From Patescibacteria group bacterium (GTDB lineage: Bacteria; Patescibacteriota; Minisyncoccia; Moranbacterales; UBA9337), in assembly GCA_042569905.1 (NCBI GenBank), contig JBHPHA010000005.1:1-53654 (forward strand): 53,654 nucleotides of DNA, in the 5' to 3' direction. This document shows, piece by piece, positions 18,150 through 27,442 of the stretch. The notes under the pieces were generated by a model. That model saw only the letters and a list, made by a program, of their open reading frames with translations, was not told the DNA's origin and searched no databases. The translations under genes and the position numbers were made by a program. How positions within the stretch are numbered: position 1 is the stretch's first letter; each line of letters starts with the position of its first letter.

Positions 18150-20750
18150 TTACCCAACCACCAAACTAATCAATTTCCCTGGGACAAAAATCACTTTTCT
18201 GATTTCTTTTCCTTCCATGTGTTTTTGAACATTCTCGCTTTCAAGAGCCAACTCTTTTGCACCAACTTCATCAATGTCTGCGTCTACTGTAATTTTGTCA
18301 CGCACTTTTCCGTTCACCTGAACAACTAGCTCAACCTTTTCATCTACAATTAAATCAGGATTGTGCTTTGGCCAATCGCTCAAAAATATTGACTGTTCAT
18401 TTCCAAATTTTTCTCTCCAAATTTCCTCTGCCATATGCGGAGCAAATGGAGCTAATATTCTCAAAAATTTCTCCATTCCTGATTTCGGCAGTCTTTGATG
18501 CCCGGTCGCTTCGTTCACGAAAATCATCATCTGAGAAATTGCTGTATTGAAATCAAAATTCTCAATGTCTTTCGAAACTTTTTGAATTGTCTTGTGAAGA
18601 AGTGTCGGCATTCCATCCGGAGCACCATCACAATCACCCTTGCAGTCATACAATTCTTTTTCATCAAAAAGTCTCCAGACTCTGTCCAAAAATTTCTTAG
18701 CACCAGTAAGTCCCTTTGTACTCCAGACAGTGCTTTGAGAAAATGGTCCCATAAACATCTCATATACACGAAGAGCATCTGCTCCGTACACCTCCACAAT
18801 GTCATCCGGATTAATCACATTCCCCCAGCGCTTGCTCATCTTTCTTCCGTCTTCCGCCATAATCAAGCCAACATGCTGCAGTCTTGTGAAAGGTTCCTCA
18901 TGATTCACAACTCCAATATCAAACAAGAATTTGTGCCAAAAACGAGCATAAATCAAATGTCTTGTTGCGTGCTCTGCTCCACCAACATAAAAATCAACTG
19001 GTGACCAATATTTCTCCTTATCTTTATCTACCAAAGCATCGTTATTTTTCGGATCAATATATCTCAAATAATACCAAGAAGATCCTGCCCATTGTGGCAT
19101 TGTGTTGGTTTCTCTTTTTGCTTCACCTCCACATTCAGGACATTCGACATTTACCCAGTCTTCAATCGTCGCCAAAGGAGATTCCCCTGTTCCAGATGGC
19201 TCATAGTGTTCAACATCCGGAAGAGTCACTGGCAAATCTTTTTCAGGAACCGGAACAACTCCACACTTCTCACAATGAATCACAGGAATCGGCTCCCCCC
19301 AATATCTCTGCCTTGAAAAAACCCAGTCTTTCAATTTATAATTCACTTTTCTTCCACCAAGATTATTCTCCTCCAACCACTTAATCATTTTCTCTCGAGC
19401 TTCAGAAGATTTCAGTCCTGTAAACTCTCCAGAATTAACAAGAATACCATCTCCAAAATATCCTGGGTATTCACCCTTAAAGTTCTCCTCTTCTAAAGCT
19501 TTTAACAATCTTTCAAAATTTTCCCTCTCATCTCTTTCTTGAGCCTCTATCATACCCTGACCTCCTCCAAATATATGTAAATATTTTTTAAAATAACTTT
19601 TTTTAAAATCTTCAATATTTTTCGGTTTAACAACATACTTAATAGGCAGAGAACTTTTCAGTTCTCTTATAGCAATTTTATCCAAAAAATCACGATCTCT
19701 TTCATCATGAGCTGGAACCGCCATCACAGCACCTGTTCCATAGTGACCCAAAACATAGTCCGCTACAAAAACTGGAATTTCTTTTCCATTGAACGGATTT
19801 ACTGCTTTGATTCCCTTGATCTCAACACCAGTCTTATCCTTTTGAAGTTCAGTTCTTTCAAGTTCAGTTTTTTTATTTGAAGCCTTAATATAATTCTGAA
19901 TTTCTTCATAATTACTAATCACTGATTCATGTTCGCTAATCATTGGATGTTCAGGTGCTATCACCATATACGTACACCCAAAAATAGTGTCTACTCTTGT
20001 GGTGAAAACTTCAATATTCCCCTCATCACTTTTTTCACTCTTAATCCCAAATTTAATCACACTGCCTTCACTTTTTCCAATCCAGTTTCTCTGCATATCC
20101 TTGATTGATTTTTCCCAATTTGGAAGCTTGTCCAAATCTTCAAGCATTTTGTCAGCATAGTCAGTGATTTTCAAAACCCACTGCCTCATTGGCTTTTGCT
20201 CAATCTCACTATCACATCTTTCACATCTTCCATCTTCCAAATCTTCATTCGAAAGTCCAGTCTGGCACCCAGGACACCAATTGATCGGCTCATGTGATTC
20301 ATATGCCAAACCTTTTTCAAGCATCTTCAAAAAGCACCATTGAGTCCATTTATAATATTCTGGGTCAGTTGTGTTAATCTCTCGATCCCAATCATAACTA
20401 AATCCAATTTTTTTTAATTGATTCTTAAATGTTGCAATATTTCTCTCATTCATCTCACGAGGATGAGTTTTGTTTTTCAAAGCATAATTTTCCGCAGGCA
20501 AACCAAAAGCGTCCCATCCCATAGGATGAAGAACATTGAAGCCCTGCATCATTTTCATACGCGCAAAAATATCAGTTGCGATATATCCTTTTGGATGACC
20601 AACATGTAGACCCTCTCCGGAAGGATAAGGAAACATATCTAAAATATAGAACTTAGGCTTTTCAGTATCCTCACCAACTTTATATAATTTCTCATCATCC
20701 CATTTACTCTGCCACTTTTTCTCTGCTTCCTTATGATTATAGTTTTTCAT
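18150..20750 (-). CDS. leuS: leucine--tRNA ligase
   Basis: MFPYPSGEGLHVGH, VFTTRVDT, GTGAVMAVPAHDERD, SRQRYWGEPIP, KMSKR. Confidence 0.98.
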   Translation of the reverse strand: MKNYNHKEAEKKWQSKWDDEKLYKVGEDTEKPKFYILDMFPYPSGEGLHVGHPKGYIATDIFARMKMMQGFNVLHPMGWDAFGLPAENYALKNKTHPREMNERNIATFKNQLKKIGFSYDWDREINTTDPEYYKWTQWCFLKMLEKGLAYESHEPINWCPGCQTGLSNEDLEDGRCERCDSEIEQKPMRQWVLKITDYADKMLEDLDKLPNWEKSIKDMQRNWIGKSEGSVIKFGIKSEKSDEGNIEVFTTRVDTIFGCTYMVIAPEHPMISEHESVISNYEEIQNYIKASNKKTELERTELQKDKTGVEIKGIKAVNPFNGKEIPVFVADYVLGHYGTGAVMAVPAHDERDRDFLDKIAIRELKSSLPIKYVVKPKNIEDFKKSYFKKYLHIFGGGQGMIEAQERDERENFERLLKALEEENFKGEYPGYFGDGILVNSGEFTGLKSSEAREKMIKWLEENNLGGRKVNYKLKDWVFSRQRYWGEPIPVIHCEKCGVVPVPEKDLPVTLPDVEHYEPSGTGESPLATIEDWVNVECPECGGEAKRETNTMPQWAGSSWYYLRYIDPKNNDALVDKDKEKYWSPVDFYVGGAEHATRHLIYARFWHKFLFDIGVVNHEEPFTRLQHVGLIMAEDGRKMSKRWGNVINPDDIVEVYGADALRVYEMFMGPFSQSTVWSTKGLTGAKKFLDRVWRLFDEKELYDCKGDCDGAPDGMPTLLHKTIQKVSKDIENFDFNTAISQMMIFVNEATGHQRLPKSGMEKFLRILAPFAPHMAEEIWREKFGNEQSIFLSDWPKHNPDLIVDEKVELVVQVNGKVRDKITVDADIDEVGAKELALESENVQKHMEGKEIRKVIFVPGKLISLVVG

Positions 20751-20805
20751 ATATTTAAATTTCTAATTCTTTTCAATTATATCCCAAAGATGGCGCTAAG
20801 GCCGG

Positions 20806-20900
20806 GATCTCAAATAATTACTCCTGAAACTTCAACAAGATTCCTTAAGTAAAAAACAAAAAGAATCGAAGTTCGTTTCAGTAATAATTCATTTGAGATC
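20806..20900. repeat. long imperfect hairpin upstream of leuS
   Basis: GATCTCAAAT..CTGAAACTTC..GAAGTTCGTTTCAG..ATTTGAGATC. Confidence 0.5.
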
Positions 20901-21073
20901 ACACCTATTAAAAGTACAGCCTCGGAAAATATTTTTCATTTTTAATATACTCCTACTCTACTCCATTTCTCGCTTTTTTTCAACCAAGACTTTCTTCAGA
21001 ATCCCCATATTCTACTACAAAATTAAAAAAGGCGTGTATTGCATATTAGCAACCACGCTTTTACTCTTTTTTC

Positions 21074-21865
21074 TTAATTTCTGCCCAAAGAATTCTCTCT
21101 TTCAAGGATATACATCAGCTCATCTTCCGCAAGACCATCTATTTTTTCCTGGTCCCACCGAAAGTCTTTAATGATACACACGCTTTTGTGAAAAGAATTA
21201 AATATTTCACCAACAGAATTCTTGATTTCATTCCAAAAAATCAATTTCCAAAAATAATAGCAAAGAGCTCCAGCTAAAATCGTTGAAGCAGTTAACCAAT
21301 ACCATTTTATTGCGCCATCGCTTATAAATACTCCACTAAAATCACATGATGAGATAACACCCACTAGCCCAGAAACTATTACATATGCCACACAGGTACC
21401 GAGTGCTATGATAACAAACTTCCCCGGAACCCATCGATGCTTTCCAAATTTTAGCGACTCTATTTCTTTGACTTCAAGATCCAAATCCTCACCAGAATAT
21501 GGACGATATTTAAAAACGATCCTCTTAGCCGCGAGAAATGCCCCAAAATTACCCAAAAAAATCATTATGAAAATAAGGAGCGATTCAACCGCATGCTCAA
21601 AAATACTTAACCCAAGCATTCCAGAGACACTGCACAGATTTATTGCTTCAGGCTTCTTTTTCAGATATCTAGTCAAAAATCGAAAAACCCAACTATCCTC
21701 ATCAGTTGAATCCATAAAAATCAAAACAGAAACTGTCAGCCACAAAGTAAAGCACCCGCCAAAAAAAATAGCTCCGACTATCCTCCCACCAAGTACACAT
21801 GCTGCAAGCGATAAAACACTTACAATAAACCAAGTCATTAAACTATTTGCATATTCATCCCTCAT
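21074..21865 (-). CDS. hypothetical multi-pass membrane protein
   Basis: Several hydrophobic segments; AGAGG SD before the ATG at 21865; promoter ~21925-21952 and a downstream terminator. Confidence 0.7.
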   Translation of the reverse strand: MRDEYANSLMTWFIVSVLSLAACVLGGRIVGAIFFGGCFTLWLTVSVLIFMDSTDEDSWVFRFLTRYLKKKPEAINLCSVSGMLGLSIFEHAVESLLIFIMIFLGNFGAFLAAKRIVFKYRPYSGEDLDLEVKEIESLKFGKHRWVPGKFVIIALGTCVAYVIVSGLVGVISSCDFSGVFISDGAIKWYWLTASTILAGALCYYFWKLIFWNEIKNSVGEIFNSFHKSVCIIKDFRWDQEKIDGLAEDELMYILERENSLGRN

Positions 21866-22012
21866 CACAACACCTCTCTTTTTAATTATTTTCAAGAAAC
21901 CTTCGCCCTATTTGGACACCAAATACTAACACGGTATGAATCGAGGTGTCAACTAAAAAAGCATAGATTTATTATCAATCTATGCTTTTGATTTTACTTT
22001 TTCACCCAGAAA

Positions 22013-22549
22013 CTATTTTCCTTCACCGTCTCCACTGAAGATGCTTTTAATCCCATGCCCAATACCCTTCACATATTCACCAGTCTTTTTAGCACCCCAT
22101 TTAGCTGCACCGACAGTGGCATCACCAATCATTCTGCTCCTATTAAGCTCGGTCTTCGTGACCGATAAATCATCCTCGGTGTCGAATTAACCATCCTTAC
22201 CAGAAGAAAGAGCTGTGTAAGCTATGTACATTCCATCAGGATCATCCTCGCGAATGACTTGAATCATGCCTCCCCATGCATCAATCTCCTGCGAATATCC
22301 AGTCGGCGCTTCGCTTTTTCTCGCCTCTATTGCAACTTCGGTAAGAATTTCTGTAGTCTCAACTGTTTTATGAGTGACTAAATAATGAATCCCGAAACCT
22401 GTAGCTATGAGCGCCAAGATGCCTCCAATCACCCATAAGAAAGCACTTTCGTTTGAGCCATCACCTCTTCGATTACCGCCTCCAACAGCTCCAATAAGTC
22501 CACAAAAAAGTTCCCCAAAAAGTTCCCCAATAAACTCAAACATAGTCAA
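22013..22549 (-). pseudogene. membrane protein with a GspG/pseudopilin-like DxWG..SxGxDG..TxDD motif, interrupted by an in-frame TAA
   Basis: The frame continues past TAA at 22187-22189: SSGKDG*FDTEDDLSVTKTELNRSRMIGDATVGAAKWGAKKTGEYVKGIGHGIKSIFSGDGEGK, ending at TAG 22013. Confidence 0.7.
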
Positions 22550-22734
22550 TCCCCCTTATTGTTTTTGTTAACCATCAGCGACTAGCAAGTCCCGTGTCTT
22601 AATTTAAAATAACTACCCCTAATCAACATAAAATATTACTACAGACTGAACAAAAAGTCAATACGTAATACTAATTTTAACAAAAAAATAAGGTGAAAAA
22701 TCATTATAATCTTTCACCCTTAAGTTAACTCGTC

Positions 22735-23010
22735 TTATATTAGATTTGAAGAGAAAATAGCTACAACCCCGATTTCAGAGTCAAAATCCAACAACTCCTC
22801 ACTTTCCATATCTCGACTTTCACCATAACAGATAACCCGAAATTTTCCTCCACATTTCTGACAAATAAAGCTCTTGCAGTCACCAACCCTCATCACATGA
22901 ACAACTTTCGAAACATCGCGATCAACACCACACAACCTATTTCCAGCAAGATATCCTTTGGTTGATATTTGACCACCACAAACAATACTATTATTGACTA
23001 CTTTACTCAT
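22735..23010 (-). CDS. small Cys-rich hypothetical protein
   Basis: Overlaps the stop of the upstream ORF (ATGA coupling); CQKC motif; terminator at ~22685-22720. Confidence 0.6.
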   Translation of the reverse strand: MSKVVNNSIVCGGQISTKGYLAGNRLCGVDRDVSKVVHVMRVGDCKSFICQKCGGKFRVICYGESRDMESEELLDFDSEIGVVAIFSSNLI

Positions 23011-23231
23011 AATAATCTTCCCCGAGCATTCTTTTGATTCATCAGCCTCTCGTGATCCATCAAATCCTTAATATTGATAAATATTTTTATCGTATTACCA
23101 CATCCAGAACAAATCAAATCAATACGCTCAACTCGTAAATCAATTTTAGACAAATCATTCACTAATCTACAATTAGCGCACCCCACTAACTTATATTGAC
23201 CAAGAGTAAGATCAAATCCATTTTTCTTCAT
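23007..23231 (-). CDS. small zinc-ribbon-like hypothetical protein
   Basis: AAGGAG SD; CANC..CSGC. Confidence 0.65.
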   Translation of the reverse strand: MKKNGFDLTLGQYKLVGCANCRLVNDLSKIDLRVERIDLICSGCGNTIKIFINIKDLMDHERLMNQKNARGRLL

Positions 23232-23254
23232 TTCTTCTCCTTTTTTAAAGTACT

Positions 23255-23340
23255 AAAAAAACTGACCCACCAAGGCCAGCTTATTTTTATCAAGAAAATT
23301 TTTCTAAATCTTACTTCTGAACAAAAACAAATTGACCTCT
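23255..23340 (-). promoter_or_regulatory. attenuator (antiterminator/terminator) after a Phe-rich leader peptide
   Basis: Terminator AAGCTGGCCT-TGGT-GGGTCAGTTTTTTT; the segment AGGTCAATT in the leader can pair with the terminator 5' arm. Confidence 0.7.
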
Positions 23341-23400
23341 GAGGCGAGCCCAAAAGAAGAAAAAGAAAAAATATGAAATTTTACTAATTTGTCTTTGCAT
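23311..23400 (-). CDS. aromatic-amino-acid (Phe-rich) leader peptide, 29 aa
   Basis: MQRQISKISYFFFFFFWARLRGQFVFVQK, directly after a TTGCAT-16-TATAAT promoter (23421-23448). Confidence 0.7.
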   Translation of the reverse strand: MQRQISKISYFFFFFFWARLRGQFVFVQK

Positions 23401-23513
23401 AAGTTTATATTAATAACTTTATTATATTCCTTTAATAAAATAATGCAAATCAACAGATAAATCGCAAATTAAAAAGGAAGAAATTTCATTGAATTTCTTC
23501 CTTAAAATAGATA

Positions 23514-23699
23514 TCAGTAGAAATAGATAGAAGCACTTTTTTTCCTCTTCTTTAATGCCTCTATCACCTCATCTATACCAGCTTCGCGCTCAATATTTGA
23601 TAATCCCTTGAGCTCTTGAATTTTTTTAATAATGTCAGAAAACTCATCCTCAAATGAATTATTTTTATTCGCAACATGAGAAAATAATTGAGATGCCAT
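23514..23699 (-). CDS. small hypothetical protein
   Basis: Strong AAGGAGG SD; terminator hairpin at ~23470-23505. Confidence 0.55.
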   Translation of the reverse strand: MASQLFSHVANKNNSFEDEFSDIIKKIQELKGLSNIEREAGIDEVIEALKKRKKSASIYFY

Positions 23700-23717
23700 A
23701 ATAACCCTCCTTTTTTA

Positions 23718-23942
23718 TTACCAAGTACAAGGCCTTGTTTTTTTCAATGGACCATTGCAGCTATGCAGTACGCCTCTGACAAATTTTTGCCTCGTCATCT
23801 TTCCTACACGCTTCAACCCACACTCAACATTGTCACAGCTCCAGCAATACGTAACACTTTCCGACTTAAAATACTGACAACCAATAATCTTACTACACGC
23901 GGAACAAAAAATTCTCAAAGTTAAATTACTAATTTCACACAT
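23718..23942 (-). CDS. small Cys-rich hypothetical protein
   Basis: Start moved to ATG 23942 (AGGGG SD, after the T-box terminator); CSAC..CWSC plus further Cys residues. Confidence 0.6.
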   Translation of the reverse strand: MCEISNLTLRIFCSACSKIIGCQYFKSESVTYCWSCDNVECGLKRVGKMTRQKFVRGVLHSCNGPLKKTRPCTW

Positions 23943-23986
23943 AATTATTCCCCTATTTTCACTAGTTAAAGAACTATTTTTCCAAC

Positions 23987-24270
23987 AAAAAAAACTCCTC
24001 ATCCTTATGCGCATAATTCACATAAGAATTATGTGAAAGGACGAAGAGTCTTCGTGGTACCACCTTTTTTTATGAAAATAAAAATCACCCCGTGGGTGCC
24101 ATACTTCCATCTCATCAACTTTTACTCAATAACAAAAGAGTCAACATTGATTATCCCATGATTACGGAGGATGCCGAGATTCCACTAACGCAGAAGCCAC
24201 TTTTTTGATTATTTCATCAAAAGAATCAGACCCAGCCCTCTGAGAAATCAGAGGATCTAATTCATAAGTT
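23987..24270 (-). promoter_or_regulatory. T-box riboswitch-like leader
   Basis: Antiterminator AAAGG-TGGTACC-ACGAAG/CTTCGT-CCTTT with the 7-nt UGGNACC bulge; competing 13-bp terminator ACTCTTCGTCCTT/AAGGATGAGGAGT plus T-run; CCGTAA F-box-like motif; promoter TTGACA-16-TAAGAT at ~24293-24320. Stem I is atypical. Confidence 0.75.
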
Positions 24271-24412
24271 TTATTATTTTTAAAGTAATTTTATCTTAAC
24301 AAAGGTGCATATTTTGTCAAATTTAATCAAAAATATCAAAATTAAAAGCCCTCTTTGAATTCAGTGCACATTGGCACAAAAAACAAAAAGGGCTGTTCTT
24401 CTTATCTCCGTA

Positions 24413-25018
24413 CTACTTAAAGTACTGATCTCTTGTTAGCTTATAGTCAAACCCATCAGACAAAGCCTCTAAATTAGCATCATTAATATTATGCGAGACG
24501 CTTGCAGTTACCCATGAACACTCCTTATCCTTAAATTCAATAGCAACTCTAACCTTAGCATCAGATCCAATATTGCAGTTGGAAGCCATAGCCACATTAT
24601 AATCCACTAATTCAACTTCCTCGAGGCTCTTAAATATTCTGGACAATGCTTTTTTTATTACATTATTAGTTGCATCTACGGGACCATTTCCACTAGAAGC
24701 AGTGTGAACTTTTCCTGCTCCTGCGATGTTAACTTTGATAATTGCCTGCACCAATGAATCCCTATCCATACGATACTTATGATTGTCCAATTTGTATTCT
24801 ATGATTTCAAAAAATTTATGCCTAAAACCTTCCATTCCATACACAATAAGCTCCAACGTTGCAGGTGCATCTAAAATACAATAACCCTGATCATCTAATC
24901 CTTGGAGTCTTTCGACGATATCATCTAAATCCCCATCTCCAGTCTTTAACTTCCGACCTCTTTCCTCAAGAAGAGCAATGGCACATTTCTCGTAATCCTC
25001 TCTAGTAACTACACGCAT
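24413..25018 (-). CDS. stand-alone C-terminal linker and allosteric domain of the citramalate/isopropylmalate synthase family
   Basis: LQGLDDQGY..ATLEL, AIIKVNI..GNGPVDA, VELVDYNV, GSDAKVRVAIEF..SW..VSHNI..ALSDGFDYKL resemble the CimA C-terminus. No TIM barrel. AGAGG SD before ATG 25018. Confidence 0.8.
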   Translation of the reverse strand: MRVVTREDYEKCAIALLEERGRKLKTGDGDLDDIVERLQGLDDQGYCILDAPATLELIVYGMEGFRHKFFEIIEYKLDNHKYRMDRDSLVQAIIKVNIAGAGKVHTASSGNGPVDATNNVIKKALSRIFKSLEEVELVDYNVAMASNCNIGSDAKVRVAIEFKDKECSWVTASVSHNINDANLEALSDGFDYKLTRDQYFK

Positions 25019-25099
25019 AAACAAACCTCTTTTTCTGAAATTTATGTTTGATGAAAAAATCACATAGCTGCGTAATATTTCAGCTACATGAAGACTATC

Positions 25100-26704
25100 C
25101 TACAGAATACTTTCCAAAAGCCAGCTGTAGCAATTAGCAAACGCCTGAGCTGAAGCTTGGTTTGTGTCAGGATGAACAGAGCGACCTACATGAACTTGAT
25201 TTACTCCATTGGAAACACCAATTCGAGCATAAGCATCTGCAACTGCATCTGATCCTTTTCCCAAAGATACTGCGTGCCAATTATCCAGCTCTATTTCCAG
25301 CCCATTAATTTGTGGAAAATGTCGACCCACAATCGCATGAACTGCATTCATAATGGCATTATAAGGACCATTACCAATACCAGCTGCAATCTCAATTACA
25401 CCTCCTATCTCCATCTTGACCGTAGCAGTTGGAAGAGTTCCAGATCCGCCGATTGCCTGGCAATCGATAATCTTTAAATAATTAGGAATCCCAGAAACAG
25501 CATCCTGAACAACCGCCGCTAACTCCCTATCATTCAATGGGGACCCATTCTTAGAAGTAGATATATCCTTGAATTTTTCAAAGATCAGACCTATCTGATC
25601 ATCCTTGATATTAAAACCAAGTTTGACCAACCTATGCAGTAGTCCGTCTCTTCCAGATGATTGAGTAACTTCTACAGACAGTCCTTTGTGTCCATACACC
25701 TTCGGATCCCAACTATAGTAAGCACTACTCTTTCCCTGTTGCTTCGCACGAGCCTCAATTAATTGATGTGTACCAGAACTAACAATAGCGTTCTGAGCTC
25801 CAACAACAACCCAATGACGAGGCACTGACATTCCCAAAGCATTAGCAACATGATTAACAATAGTAACGCACATTTTTGAATCAAAATCTATTTCAACTCC
25901 AGAGAAAACATCTCTGCGAGAATTGATATTCATAATAATAGACTCAAAAGCGGTCATTCCACTTCGCTCACCTAGACCATAAAAAGTTCCCTCAATCTGG
26001 CTAACTCCAGCATTGATAGATTGAAGTGCATTTGCATTAGCGCAACCACTATCATTATGACAATGGACTGAGACCACCACACTCTTCAACTCCTCAATAT
26101 TATCAAACAAAAATGCAATCAGCTCACCAAACTCGCTTAAAACTCTGAGCCCCGTAGTGTCCGCAATATTAACCCTTGTTACACCAGCATCAATGACTGC
26201 TTTGATAATTTGAACCAAAAAAATTCTCTCAGTTCGAGCTGAATCTTCTGGAGTATATTGAATATGCTCAAATCCTATTGACTTCGCATATTCCACCATC
26301 TCAATAGCTCGTTCAATAACCCATTTTCTTTTTCCCTCAGGAGAATCTCCGTATTTTTCAGAATCAAATTGAGTAAGTAAAAATTCATCACTAGCTGGAA
26401 TATAAATATGAACCATATCACACCCAGCAGTTTTTACCGCATCAATATCCGCTTTAGTGGCCCTAGCCAATCCTGATAATATCGGCTTTTTATTCCCATT
26501 CCACGATTCAACAAATTGAACAATTCTTCTGCATTGCTTCATCTGCTCCTCAGAGCTACCTGGAAAACCTATCTCAATAGCATCTATTCCACCTTTCAAT
26601 AAAAGTCGCACATATTCAGATTGATCTCTTGGAGACATTGCCCCATTACTCACCTGAGCCGACTCTCTTAAGCAAACATCATTCAACAAAACCTTTTTAC
26701 GCAT
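25100..26704 (-). CDS. leuA: 2-isopropylmalate synthase-like DRE-TIM metallolyase
   Basis: DVCLRESAQ, IEIGFP, EDSART, NIADTTG, SVHCHNDSG, GLGERSG, and a C-terminal regulatory domain (PTATVKM..GNGP). Confidence 0.8.
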   Translation of the reverse strand: MRKKVLLNDVCLRESAQVSNGAMSPRDQSEYVRLLLKGGIDAIEIGFPGSSEEQMKQCRRIVQFVESWNGNKKPILSGLARATKADIDAVKTAGCDMVHIYIPASDEFLLTQFDSEKYGDSPEGKRKWVIERAIEMVEYAKSIGFEHIQYTPEDSARTERIFLVQIIKAVIDAGVTRVNIADTTGLRVLSEFGELIAFLFDNIEELKSVVVSVHCHNDSGCANANALQSINAGVSQIEGTFYGLGERSGMTAFESIIMNINSRRDVFSGVEIDFDSKMCVTIVNHVANALGMSVPRHWVVVGAQNAIVSSGTHQLIEARAKQQGKSSAYYSWDPKVYGHKGLSVEVTQSSGRDGLLHRLVKLGFNIKDDQIGLIFEKFKDISTSKNGSPLNDRELAAVVQDAVSGIPNYLKIIDCQAIGGSGTLPTATVKMEIGGVIEIAAGIGNGPYNAIMNAVHAIVGRHFPQINGLEIELDNWHAVSLGKGSDAVADAYARIGVSNGVNQVHVGRSVHPDTNQASAQAFANCYSWLLESIL

Positions 26705-26947
26705 CCCAAATCCTCCAAAAAATGATTTTGGTTTTCTAGCAATACAGTGCTAGATTTATAAAAGAACCTTTAAGCTAATTCAAAAGATAGCTTATTTTTA
26801 TCAATAAAATTCAAACTACTCTCACTTTACGGATAAAAATAAATTTTCTTACTACCAAGTTAAGACTCGCTTGAGCACTAGGAAATAATTTATGTAGCAA
26901 CGGACACATTCTCCGTTACTACACGTTATTAACACGTTTGCTAATAA

Positions 26948-27229
26948 TTATTTTAATGACGTATAATCATCCTCGATCACTCTTAGTTTATTGCTATTTG
27001 CATGATCGGCAGCAATCGCATATATCTCGTAAAAATTATGCGTATTTTCCTGCAATAAAATTTTACTATTTGCCGAAAAAGATACCTTATTAAAAGACCC
27101 TTCCTTAACGACATCTTCTGATAATTTAATTAATATATCCTCCTCACCACAAATCTCAAAAGTAATGCCATATGCCACACTAGTGGAAAACCTAAAATTC
27201 TCCAATATCTGAACTGCTATCGATAACAT
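26948..27229 (-). CDS. hypothetical protein
   Basis: AAGGAG SD; first ORF after the ILV-type attenuator. Confidence 0.6.
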   Translation of the reverse strand: MLSIAVQILENFRFSTSVAYGITFEICGEEDILIKLSEDVVKEGSFNKVSFSANSKILLQENTHNFYEIYAIAADHANSNKLRVIEDDYTSLK

Positions 27230-27296
27230 ACAAATCTCCTTTAAAAAAATGTTTAATCGATTTACCCACTTACATCAACTTGCTACTAAAAAGAAC

Positions 27297-27382
27297 AAAA
27301 AAACTGACTTTAGGTCAGTTGCTTTTTTGTGAAAATATTTTTTATAAAATTAGTTTATTTTTACACAAGCAATCCAACCTCT
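27297..27382 (-). promoter_or_regulatory. attenuator after a branched-chain-amino-acid leader peptide
   Basis: Terminator AACTGAC-CTAAA-GTCAGTTTTTTT; antiterminator AGGTTGGATTGC pairs with GCAACTGACCT (11 bp, one bulge). Confidence 0.72.
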
Positions 27383-27442
27383 TTGCGCTTCCGCTAAGAG
27401 AGTAATAATCACATCAGTAATAAATATATCTTTTACTTGCAT
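27350..27442 (-). CDS. Ile/Val/Leu/Thr-rich leader peptide, 30 aa
   Basis: MQVKDIFITDVIITLLAEAQRGWIACVKIN, after a TTGACA-16-TATAAT promoter (27477-27504). Confidence 0.65.
   Translation of the reverse strand: MQVKDIFITDVIITLLAEAQRGWIACVKIN

Noticed and set aside
21074-24014. Integron cassette array or prophage
   Set aside because: No integrase, attC-like conserved ends or phage structural genes; the cassettes carry their own promoters.
26892-26922. Terminator separating the 93-aa ORF from leuA
   Set aside because: Strong hairpin but no U-tract on the minus strand, so it is not called a terminator; co-transcription remains possible.
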